This document shows, one piece after another, positions 9,182-17,722 of a stretch of DNA of 49,982 bases (its first letter is position 1; the number at the start of each line of letters is the position of its first letter). This DNA comes from an uncultured Rhodopirellula sp. (GTDB lineage: Bacteria > Planctomycetota > Planctomycetia > Pirellulales > Pirellulaceae). The translations under genes and the position numbers were made by a program. The stretch covers positions 62,001 to 111,982 of the forward strand of contig CAXGAI010000014.1 of assembly GCA_964007735.1 (NCBI GenBank), read 5' to 3'. Below the pieces are notes generated by a model. It did not search any database. It worked only from the letters and a program-made list of their open reading frames with translations, and was not told the origin of the DNA.

Positions 9182-9907
9182 ATGAAACAATCAGATTACA
9201 TTCACGAACTCATTGAGCAGGGGCGGTTTACCGAGGCGAAACTTCTCTTATCGGCGGGAACTGTGAGGCCTGAAGCTATTTTCGAGCTCGCTTTCAATCT
9301 CGGTAATGGCTTCTATTCGTGTGAGCAGTTCCGTGATGCTAGGGAATCTTTCGCCTTGGCACGGAGATATGAAAACATAGGTCGTCTTGCAACGGTCAAG
9401 TTTGCTAATTGTCTATTGCAGACTGGGGACCGCGCAGATGCATTAAGTATTCTCTATGAGGTTAGCGATAATATCAGCGCATTGCCTCAGGAAGCTTTGG
9501 ATATCTTTCTGCGAATTGTGGTTCACCTTAGGGAATATACGCTGTTAGCCAAAGCAGAACAGAAAGCACGGTTAAGGTTCCCTAACACCTCTTTTTATTG
9601 GTTTGCTGGTGGAGCTCTAGCTTTTAAGCATGAGCGTTATTTTCAGGCGATCACCTTCTTTGGGAGGGCCGTAGAATTGTCACCCGTAAAGGCATCCTAT
9701 CGTCTTGCGTTGGCGCGTGCCTTTTTGAAGTTAAAGCGGGAGACTGAGGCGATAAGGGTGCTCGATGAGATTGATCTCAGTGAGATACCGTGCATTGCTG
9801 ATATCATGTTAATGAAAATTGTATTTAGTGAAATTGGTTATTACGAAGGGATTGAGAATTGCTGTAGTGAATTGACTCGGCGATATTTTCAAAAGAATCA
9901 AACTTAA
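9182..9907 (+). CDS. Tetratricopeptide repeat protein
   Basis: Helical repeats, e.g. 'YWFAGGALAFKHERYFQAITFFGRAVELSP..ASYRLALARAF'. Confidence 0.75.
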   Translation: MKQSDYIHELIEQGRFTEAKLLLSAGTVRPEAIFELAFNLGNGFYSCEQFRDARESFALARRYENIGRLATVKFANCLLQTGDRADALSILYEVSDNISALPQEALDIFLRIVVHLREYTLLAKAEQKARLRFPNTSFYWFAGGALAFKHERYFQAITFFGRAVELSPVKASYRLALARAFLKLKRETEAIRVLDEIDLSEIPCIADIMLMKIVFSEIGYYEGIENCCSELTRRYFQKNQT

Positions 9908-9911
9908 ATAA

Positions 9912-11240
9912 ATGTACGTAATACCTTTTACTCATCTGCTTCGAAGTCAACTTGGCATTCCTCTTCTGTGTTTTGGCCTTGGTTTCTTTTCATCGTCCGC
10001 GCTGCTTGCTGAAACTGGATGGTTTAGTTTTCAGAATGGTGGCTCGAACACGAATGCCAAAGCGATCGAAATTGATCAAACAGTTCAGTTCAACAAGCGA
10101 TGGGAAGTTGAACTGGAAGGTTACGGGCAGTCGAGTCCTGTAGTTTGGGGTAAGACGATTTATACCACAACGGTGCTTGGTAAGAATAAGGAGAAGTGTA
10201 TCGTTGCCGCACATGATTTGGCGAGCGGTAAACAAAGCTGGAGTTTGGATTTTAAGAATCCTGCACCTCGCGAAAGCACTGTTTACGTTAGTAAAGCAGC
10301 TCCGACACCGGTGGTTGATTCGGACGGGATTGTGGTACTGTTTGAAGGTGGCTTGTTAGTCTCCGTATCCCATGAAGGGAAGGTTGCTTGGCAGCGGGAT
10401 CTACTCGGCGAATTCGGTGAGTTGTCATCCAATCATGGTCTGTCGTCATCGCTGGAACAAACACAAGAATCCGTTTTTGTCTGGGTTGAGAGAAAAGAGT
10501 CTCCCTACATCCTCAGTGTGGATAAAAAGTCCGGTAAAGATAACTGGAAGGCGTCAGGTGTGGGCAGCACCTCCTGGGCAACCCCTCGTTTGTTAAAAGT
10601 CGGCGAGTCTCAGCAATTGTTGTTGAGTGGAAGCGGGCACATTATGGGGTTGGATCCGTCGACGGGTAAGAAGCTCTGGGACTTTGAAGGTATTGATGGA
10701 AATACGGTTCCTACGCCAATGCCTCTGCGAGACGGCGAGTTTCTGATGGGGGCTACGACCGGTAGAGGTGAAGGCGGTGGTGGGAACCCGGCGGAATTCA
10801 ATGGGGTTATCAAAGTCAGTTTAGAGGGCCAGCAATGGTCCGCAGATTACCTCTGGCATTGTGAGAAAGCGACGTCTTCTTTTGGTTCACCCGTGGAAAT
10901 GAACGGCTTAGCTTATTTTGTGAATCGTGCCGGTGTTTTGTTTGCGGTGGATGCTTCCAAAGGAGAGGAAGTGTACTCCCAGCGACTCGCTTCAAGCATG
11001 TGGGCCACGCCAGTTAAATTAGGAAATGCTTTAATTCTTCCCTGTAAGAACGGAACCCTTCAGGTAATCGCTCAAGGTAGTGAATTCAGTTCGCTCGGGG
11101 AAATCAAACTATGGGAGGACGGTGCCACCGAAGGACAACGAGGGTCCTTCGGTGGGCCTGTTCTCTATGCGGTTATTCTGATCGGAGATCAGATAATTGC
11201 ACGGCGTGGGGATCGCCTAATCAATATTCAAATCAAATAA
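9912..11240 (+). CDS. Secreted PQQ-binding-like (BamB-type) beta-propeller protein
   Basis: Signal peptide; GYGQSSPVVW, AAPTPVVD, SWATP and repeated 'D..TGK.LW' blades. Confidence 0.9.
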   Translation: MYVIPFTHLLRSQLGIPLLCFGLGFFSSSALLAETGWFSFQNGGSNTNAKAIEIDQTVQFNKRWEVELEGYGQSSPVVWGKTIYTTTVLGKNKEKCIVAAHDLASGKQSWSLDFKNPAPRESTVYVSKAAPTPVVDSDGIVVLFEGGLLVSVSHEGKVAWQRDLLGEFGELSSNHGLSSSLEQTQESVFVWVERKESPYILSVDKKSGKDNWKASGVGSTSWATPRLLKVGESQQLLLSGSGHIMGLDPSTGKKLWDFEGIDGNTVPTPMPLRDGEFLMGATTGRGEGGGGNPAEFNGVIKVSLEGQQWSADYLWHCEKATSSFGSPVEMNGLAYFVNRAGVLFAVDASKGEEVYSQRLASSMWATPVKLGNALILPCKNGTLQVIAQGSEFSSLGEIKLWEDGATEGQRGSFGGPVLYAVILIGDQIIARRGDRLINIQIK

Positions 11241-11290
11241 CCGGTATGCTTTTTACAGAATAACTGTTGAGCATTGTTTGGAGCAAAAAG

Positions 11291-12298
11291 ATGAAAAGAA
11301 TACTAACGATCATATTATTACTGGTCTCATTCCAGACGCTCGACGCCCAGGACGTCGTAAATATTTACTCAGCACGTCATTATGACACCGACGACAAACT
11401 GTACGAACAGTTTGAGAAAAAGACGGGGATCAAAGTTCAGATTATCGAAGGGAGTTCCGACGCCTTGTTGGAGCGGCTTGCGCGGGAGGGTAAACGAAGT
11501 CCTGCCGATGTATTTATCACCGTGGATGCAGCGCGTTTGCATAAAGCGGTCGAACAAGGTGTTTTTCAAGCGGTCAAATCTGATACGTTGGACAGGAATA
11601 TTCCTGAGAACCTACGTCACCCTAACGGGTTGTGGTTCGGGCTTACCAAGCGGGCTAGGATAATATTTGTTTCACGGGAACGAGTCAAGGAAGGTGAAAT
11701 TAATTCCTATGAGGATTTAGCCAAGCCGGAATTGAAGGGTAAGGTTTTGATTCGCAGTTCGACAAATGTCTATAACCAATCTCTGGTTGGTTCCATTATT
11801 GAGAAACACGGAGAGGCGGACGCCGAGAAATGGTGTCGAGCGATTGTGGCGAATATGGCACGTCCTCCGCAGGGAGGTGATCGCGATCAGATTAAGGCAG
11901 TAGCTGCCGGGGAAGGTGATATCGCAGTGGCTAATTCCTATTACTTCGCCAGAATGCTGAAAGGTACGGACGAAGAACGGGAAGCAGCTAGTAAGGTTAG
12001 AGCAGTTTTCCCAAATCAAGATGGCCGCGGCGCCCATGTTAATATTTCCGGCGCCGGAGTTGTTTCCACTGCTCCCAATAAGGAAAATGCGGTAAAACTG
12101 CTAGAGTTTCTGGTTAGCAAGGAGGCGCAGGATATCTTCGCAGCCGGTAACAACGAATATCCGGTCGTGGAGGGTACGCCCACAGTGCAGGTCTTAAAGG
12201 ATCTGGGTAAGTTTAAGGCAGATGTGTTAAACCCTGCAGTTATTGGTGAGAATACTCCCAAGGCAATTCGCATGATGGATCGTGTGGGCTGGCGATAA
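11291..12298 (+). CDS. fbpA: Fe(III) ABC transporter substrate-binding protein (FutA/IdiA/FbpA type)
   Basis: VNIYSARHY, SPADVFITVD, GLTKRAR, YNQSL, GGDRDQI, NSYY (Tyr ligands), NNEYP. Start placed at ATG 11291. Confidence 0.95.
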   Translation: MKRILTIILLLVSFQTLDAQDVVNIYSARHYDTDDKLYEQFEKKTGIKVQIIEGSSDALLERLAREGKRSPADVFITVDAARLHKAVEQGVFQAVKSDTLDRNIPENLRHPNGLWFGLTKRARIIFVSRERVKEGEINSYEDLAKPELKGKVLIRSSTNVYNQSLVGSIIEKHGEADAEKWCRAIVANMARPPQGGDRDQIKAVAAGEGDIAVANSYYFARMLKGTDEEREAASKVRAVFPNQDGRGAHVNISGAGVVSTAPNKENAVKLLEFLVSKEAQDIFAAGNNEYPVVEGTPTVQVLKDLGKFKADVLNPAVIGENTPKAIRMMDRVGWR

Positions 12299-12340
12299 GA
12301 ACAGCGGGAAAGCCTTGATTTCCCCGAGGGAATAACGGAC

Positions 12341-13996
12341 ATGCGACGTTATAGAACTCCCGAGATTCTCGGATGGACGGTTTTTAATACGGTCATTGTT
12401 ATCTCCCTCCTTCTGCCGCTTGGCGATGTATTGCTAAGTGTGTTGAGGGATTCGGAAGGAGTCTGGGATCACCTCGCGGAAACCGTTTTATTCCGTTATA
12501 TACGCAATACAGCGATCCTTGCGATGGGTGTTGTAACCGCGACCGTTCTGATCGGTGTGACATCGGCCTGGATTGTGACTCATTATGAGTTTCCCGGTAG
12601 GTCGATAGTACAGTGGGCTCTGATCCTACCGCTTGCTATTCCGTCCTATTTGCTGGCTTACGCGGTGACGGACTTCTTGCAGTATTCGGGCCCCGTACAG
12701 ACAATGCTTCGTAATGCGTTTCAGTGGGAACGTGGAGAATATTGGTTTCCGGCAGCACGGAGTCTCCCTGGCGCCATCTGTATTCTGTCCGCAGGACTTT
12801 ATCCTTATGTGTATCTGGCATGTCGTACTGCCTTGCTTCAGTTAGACAATACGATGATTCAATCAAGTCGGACACTTGGTGCCGGCATGGTGAAAACATT
12901 TTTTAGAGTCGCATTTCCGTTAGTTAGCCCGGCCGTCTTAGCCGGAGCGATGTTGGTGCTGATGGAAACGTTAGCAGAATTCGGGGCTGTCGATTATTGC
13001 GCCGTAGATACGTTTGCTACGGGAGTATATCGCACGTGGCTATCTCATGGTTCACTGGTGGGCGCGGGCCAACTCTCGGCTTGCCTGGTATTTGTTATTG
13101 TTTCACTGATGCTTGTTCAGAGGTTGATTATCGGAAATAGGAGGGTCGCGACAAATAACGGATCCTTGGCCGAAGTACCGCGAAGAAAATTGGGTGTGTC
13201 TGGGAAGATAGTAGCGAGCCTTATTGTTTGGTTCCCAGTCCTGACGGGCTTTATTTTGCCGGTCTCTATTTTTGTGGACATGACATTGGAAAATGGTGAT
13301 CAAAGAGCCTTCGAGTTGCTTGGGGAATTAGGACTCAACAGTATTCAGGTTTCTATGTTAGTGGCGATTGCTTGCACGACGCTGTCATTTGTGCTTTTTT
13401 CCTCACAAAGGCGATGTCCCGAAACTCTCAACCGAATCATCGTCAGTGGCAGTGGACTCGGGTACGCGATTCCGGGGACCGTAATTGCGATTGGCTGTTT
13501 GTCCCCGTTGTTTCTAATGGAGGAGATGATTGCAGATTGGTGTTTGAAAGTGGTTGGTCGGGACATCGGGTTCTGGGTTACCGGCACCATCGCCGGGCTC
13601 GTGTTTGGATACGTTTGTCGTTTTATGGCTGTATCCAACGGTATGGTTCGCTCAGGCTATGAACGCATTTCATTAACACTCGATGATGCCTCATTCGTAT
13701 TAGGAAGCGGTTCGCTGAAGACGCTATCGGGCGTGCATTTGCCGTTGTTGTCTTCCAGTATTCTTATCGCATTTTTGATGGTCTTTGTTGATTCGATGAA
13801 GGAATTGCCAATTACATTGGTGTTGCGTCCTTTCAACTTTGACACCTTAGCGGTTCGTGTATATCAACTGGCTTCCGATGAACGTTTGGATGAGGCTGCC
13901 GCATCTGCATTGGCCATTATTGTTGTAGGTCTGATCCCCGTCATTGTTTTGTCAAAATATGTGTTTTCGAAAAATCTAAATGCGAGTCCAGGATGA
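12341..13996 (+). CDS. fbpB: Fe(III) ABC transporter permease
   Basis: Two permease repeats; LPLAIPSY, YPYVY, METLAEFG, GYAIPG, KELPITLVLRPFNFDTLA. Confidence 0.95.
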   Translation: MRRYRTPEILGWTVFNTVIVISLLLPLGDVLLSVLRDSEGVWDHLAETVLFRYIRNTAILAMGVVTATVLIGVTSAWIVTHYEFPGRSIVQWALILPLAIPSYLLAYAVTDFLQYSGPVQTMLRNAFQWERGEYWFPAARSLPGAICILSAGLYPYVYLACRTALLQLDNTMIQSSRTLGAGMVKTFFRVAFPLVSPAVLAGAMLVLMETLAEFGAVDYCAVDTFATGVYRTWLSHGSLVGAGQLSACLVFVIVSLMLVQRLIIGNRRVATNNGSLAEVPRRKLGVSGKIVASLIVWFPVLTGFILPVSIFVDMTLENGDQRAFELLGELGLNSIQVSMLVAIACTTLSFVLFSSQRRCPETLNRIIVSGSGLGYAIPGTVIAIGCLSPLFLMEEMIADWCLKVVGRDIGFWVTGTIAGLVFGYVCRFMAVSNGMVRSGYERISLTLDDASFVLGSGSLKTLSGVHLPLLSSSILIAFLMVFVDSMKELPITLVLRPFNFDTLAVRVYQLASDERLDEAAASALAIIVVGLIPVIVLSKYVFSKNLNASPG

Positions 13997-15009
13997 TTGA
14001 AATGAATACAGGACTCGAAATTAATTCAGTAAGCCATTTCTACGGTCAATACCCATCGTTGGATCAGGTTTCGTTGCAGGTGGACGCCGGGAGTGTGCAT
14101 TGTTTACTAGGTGCCTCGGGAAGCGGGAAGTCAACGCTGTTGCGAATTATCGCCGGGCTTGAAAGACCTATGACCGGGGAAATCAAAGTCAATGGAGTTA
14201 CCCTTTACGACGAAAAAACTAATACGATGCCGGAAAAACGTCCCGTTGGGCTGGTGTTTCAGCAATATGCGTTATTTCCACACCTTAATGTAGCGGCAAA
14301 TATTGGATATGGGATTCGTCATTTCAAACGCGAACAACGGTCGGAAATGGTTGAAAAATATCTGCAGTTGATCGAGTTGCCGGACAGTGGGGACGCCATG
14401 CCGCACGAATTAAGTGGTGGGGAGCAACAACGGGTTGCACTGGCACGTGCACTATGCTGTGAGCCACAGGTGATGCTGCTTGACGAGCCATTTTCCAACC
14501 TCGATTCGAGGTTGAGAGCTGATTTAAGGAAGCTGACATTGCGACTTCTGAAAGAGGCAGGCGTCGCTACCTTATTAGTAACGCATGACCCGCAGGAAGC
14601 GTTTGCTGTGTCTGAATCAATGACCATTCTCGAAAGCGGCAAAGTGATACGAGCTGGAAAGGTGAGGGATTTATACTATCAACCAAATTCGTTGCAGGTT
14701 GCTAATATCTTTGGGCCGATTAATAGTTTTAGCTCGCATCGCCTGAATGCCGGATTGCCGCCGCTGGTCGGTGAAATCACAGAACTTGCCGGCGAAACGG
14801 AGGATGGAACGCTGCTTCTGCGTCCTGAATTTATTCACTTGCGAATTCCTAATGGTGATTCAAATGCGATCGTTAGAGAAAGCGTGAATGAAGGGAGCAC
14901 GACGCTATTATTGATAGAATTAGATACTCAATTGACCTTGTTCGCGCGGATCTTAAATCCGGCATCCTTTGCGATCGGTGATCGGGTTTACGCCAGTTTC
15001 GACGGCTAG
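13993..15009 (+). CDS. fbpC: Fe(III) ABC transporter ATP-binding protein
   Basis: GASGSGKST, LSGGEQQR, LLDEPF, VTHD; ATGA overlap with the permease gene. Confidence 0.93.
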   Translation: MIEMNTGLEINSVSHFYGQYPSLDQVSLQVDAGSVHCLLGASGSGKSTLLRIIAGLERPMTGEIKVNGVTLYDEKTNTMPEKRPVGLVFQQYALFPHLNVAANIGYGIRHFKREQRSEMVEKYLQLIELPDSGDAMPHELSGGEQQRVALARALCCEPQVMLLDEPFSNLDSRLRADLRKLTLRLLKEAGVATLLVTHDPQEAFAVSESMTILESGKVIRAGKVRDLYYQPNSLQVANIFGPINSFSSHRLNAGLPPLVGEITELAGETEDGTLLLRPEFIHLRIPNGDSNAIVRESVNEGSTTLLLIELDTQLTLFARILNPASFAIGDRVYASFDG

Positions 15010-15056
15010 CGTTGGCTCATTCAAAATTCATGTCAGACCAATACACGCAGTGGGAG

Positions 15057-16085
15057 TCATCGGGTTGCGGGATTCAAGACATCCGGATTAACAATATTCC
15101 TGGCAGGTGGGGAGGCTCCAGATAACACGGCAATCAGGTTCTCTATTCCACCGAAACTAACGTCCCGGCTGGATTCCTTTGAAAAGGCTGCGGTATGAGG
15201 GGTGATTACAACGTTTGGAAGGTTGAGCAGAGCGTGATCCGGAGGATGGGAATGGCCCGCGTGAACATCCACTACCTGAAAGGTATCCAGGCCAGCCGCT
15301 GCTAAATGACCTTCCCGCAATACATTTGCTAAAGCGTTCTCATCGACGATGCCACCCCGAGCCGTATTAATTAAAATGCAGCCGGGCTTCATGGTGAGCA
15401 GTCTGGAGCGGTTAAATAGGTGGTGTGTGGTACTGTTGAGCGGTAGGTGTAGTGAGACGATGTCGCAATGATGAAGCAACTCGTCGAGCGATACCATGTC
15501 TATCTTGAGTTGGCTTGCAAGTGAGTCTTGCTTCGAAAGGTCGTTTCTGGTTGCCAGTATTTTCATCCCAAACCCATTTGCACGGCGAGCCATGGCCTTA
15601 GCTGAACCACCAAATCCAACAAGGCCAAGTTTTAGCTCGGACATTCTACGTAGGGGCCGGCAGATGTCTCGGGCTCTATGATAATGTCCCTTCAAAAACA
15701 AAGGACGTTGCTGGAATAGCTTGCGAGTGCACGCAAGCAGCAGGGCGAAAGCATGGTCTGCCTGCTCCTCGACGCAGAAATCCGGGACATTGGAAACAAG
15801 GATGCCACGACGTGTGGCGGCTTCGATGTCAATTTTGTCAGTACCGGCTCCCAGACGGGAAATGACCTGGCAACGTTTCATGTTATTAATGAGTAATGCC
15901 GGAATTGGCTGTGCAACAACAAGAAGGGCCGCCGCATCTTGAACCAACGACAAGGCATCTTCAATCGTTTCGCATTCCACTTCCAGTGGGGTTAGGTTGT
16001 ACTCCCGATACTTCTGACGCTCGAACCCTGACGGCGGGAAAGACTTGCAATTAAAACGTACGATTTTGAAATCACTAAAATCCAT
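15057..16085 (-). CDS. D-isomer-specific 2-hydroxyacid dehydrogenase (CtBP-like)
   Basis: GAGTDKID, NVPDFC, GLVGFG, SLHLPL, INTARG, TPHTA. Confidence 0.9.
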   Translation of the reverse strand: MDFSDFKIVRFNCKSFPPSGFERQKYREYNLTPLEVECETIEDALSLVQDAAALLVVAQPIPALLINNMKRCQVISRLGAGTDKIDIEAATRRGILVSNVPDFCVEEQADHAFALLLACTRKLFQQRPLFLKGHYHRARDICRPLRRMSELKLGLVGFGGSAKAMARRANGFGMKILATRNDLSKQDSLASQLKIDMVSLDELLHHCDIVSLHLPLNSTTHHLFNRSRLLTMKPGCILINTARGGIVDENALANVLREGHLAAAGLDTFQVVDVHAGHSHPPDHALLNLPNVVITPHTAAFSKESSRDVSFGGIENLIAVLSGASPPARNIVNPDVLNPATR

Positions 16086-16321
16086 GATGGGGACGTTCTG
16101 CGCGGGGATAAGAGGGGCTTACATCTTCTCGTGATTTTAATGTCTATGGTCTGAGCTGACATGAGTTGTTGAGGATGTTATGCCAAATAGCCCCAACGAT
16201 AGGAGGGGTAGGTTTTTATTGTAGAGGTTTGGTGACAGGGAAGCTAATCGGCATAGGTCACCTGACTAGGGGCACGCCATGCGGCGTGCTGAAGAGTTTT
16301 TCAAATAGACAGGGCTTAACT

Positions 16322-16358
16322 TGGTAAACTATTAGTTATTGATGGCGTCGCTATCAAT
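16322..16358 (+). promoter_or_regulatory. Extended -10 element with an adjacent palindromic operator candidate
   Basis: TGGTAAACT (16322-16330) followed by ATTGATGGCGTCGCTATCAAT (16338-16358, 10-1-10 with one mismatch). Confidence 0.45.
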
Positions 16359-16450
16359 GGTAGAGGTTTGTGAAGCAATTGCGTAGCGAGAGCGGAAACC
16401 GAATAAGTTCCGACGGAAAGAAACTTCAGTAGGTAGAGCGGGAGTATTTT

Positions 16451-17470
16451 ATGCCAAAGATTTCATTTGCTAACTATCCACTGGCGACAGTCGCTTGTTT
16501 TGATGCGACCTCCGGAGAATTACCGCGACGTTTTCTTGATGTCCAACGAAATAATCAGTTCCTGAAAAAACTAGCGGAGAACAATGTGGCAGCGGTGTTA
16601 ATCGGTGCTTCGACTGGTCAGGGACATGTTCGCACACCGGAAGAACTCGATCAATGGTTTCTATCCACGAAAGAGGTCGAATTGGGTAATACGATTAAAA
16701 TTGCCCTGCTGCGTCCCGAAGATGGTTCCGATTGGCATCATCGACATGTGGCAACATTAGTCGACGCCGATTTTGATATCGCGTTTGTACGCCCTGGAAC
16801 GGAGCTAAATTCCACAGCAAATTCTCAGGAGATCAGTTTGAATATGCAGTCGGCATGTCAGGCTGTGGTAGACGCAGATCTGGCATTGGGGGTTTACTCT
16901 ATCCCTGATGTAAGCGGGGTCGCACTGGGGACCGATTCAGTTGCAGATATTCAGCAGCGTTTTGGCCAGCACCTGGTGGCGGTGAAGGTTACTGAGGCCG
17001 ATTATCAAAGCAGTACGAAGCAGTTTCTGGAGGATCAGCGTTTACAGGATCTTAGAATCGTTCAGGGTTGGGATCCTTTTTTAGCGAATGCCTTGCAGGA
17101 CGATCCGAGACGGTGTGGTGTGACATCCGGCCCAATGTCATTTGCCGTCTTTCAATATCTGCATATTCTGGAGGCAGCTCGGGATAATGACTGGCACGAA
17201 GTTCAGCACGCACAGTTGGCTGTCACGACATTATTTCAGTCGATGCAGGATGATCCAGCGAAGTTCGCGGACCTCCAGCGGGCAAAATATATTATGGGAC
17301 TTGGGCATCCTTTGCTGGATACCATTTCTCAACAACAGATTGAACGAGTCTTTTCGGCACTGGAGCATGTACCAAGACGGGCTGACAGAAAGCGTCTTAG
17401 TGAAAGTCTAAATCTCATGCAGGATGGTCCCTATCGGGAGAGATTACTTGAGGTGGGAGGTTCTCAGTAG
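16451..17470 (+). CDS. Divergent dihydrodipicolinate synthase/N-acetylneuraminate lyase family protein
   Basis: GASTGQG (GxTGE-like), GVYSIP (Tyr), VAVKVT (Schiff-base Lys); GGAG RBS. Confidence 0.75.
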   Translation: MPKISFANYPLATVACFDATSGELPRRFLDVQRNNQFLKKLAENNVAAVLIGASTGQGHVRTPEELDQWFLSTKEVELGNTIKIALLRPEDGSDWHHRHVATLVDADFDIAFVRPGTELNSTANSQEISLNMQSACQAVVDADLALGVYSIPDVSGVALGTDSVADIQQRFGQHLVAVKVTEADYQSSTKQFLEDQRLQDLRIVQGWDPFLANALQDDPRRCGVTSGPMSFAVFQYLHILEAARDNDWHEVQHAQLAVTTLFQSMQDDPAKFADLQRAKYIMGLGHPLLDTISQQQIERVFSALEHVPRRADRKRLSESLNLMQDGPYRERLLEVGGSQ

Positions 17471-17482
17471 GCTTTTGAGTGT

Positions 17483-17521
17483 AAAAAAAGAGGTCAAAAC
17501 CGTTGCATCGGTTTTGACCTC
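17483..17521 (-). terminator. Intrinsic terminator oriented on the minus strand
   Basis: Perfect 13-bp stem GAGGTCAAAACCG/CGGTTTTGACCTC with a 6-nt loop. A7 at 17483-17489 gives a U-tract only on the minus strand. Confidence 0.75.
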
Positions 17522-17590
17522 GTGCCAAACCCTACTCCTCAACGTGAATTAAGTAAGGGCTCAACAGTCCCTAGCCTACTTAACGTGGTA
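17483..17590 (-). ncRNA. Candidate ~110-nt intergenic small RNA
   Basis: A second hairpin (17549-17583) and a repeated motif upstream of an orphan minus-strand terminator, with no minus-strand CDS to serve. Confidence 0.35.
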
Positions 17591-17671
17591 GATATTGGTA
17601 ACCGCTTAAATCAATAGAAAATGCGATCCAAACGCTTTTTTCAAACGTGCATAGGGGCAGATCGTTCATAG

Positions 17672-17680
17672 TGGTATAAT
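17672..17680 (+). promoter_or_regulatory. Extended -10 promoter element for the DUF1592-DUF1552-DUF1501 operon
   Basis: TGGTATAAT, about 40 bp upstream of the start. Confidence 0.55.
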
Positions 17681-17722
17681 ACGCATTAATAACCCGCCAT
17701 TTGTAAACTATCAGGTCTGCCA

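Noticed and set aside
16221..16440. Lysine riboswitch upstream of the DHDPS-like gene (TAGAGG motifs)
   Set aside because: It lacks the downstream AAAGG/GCCGAA core and multi-stem pairing, and the protein is too divergent to be DapA
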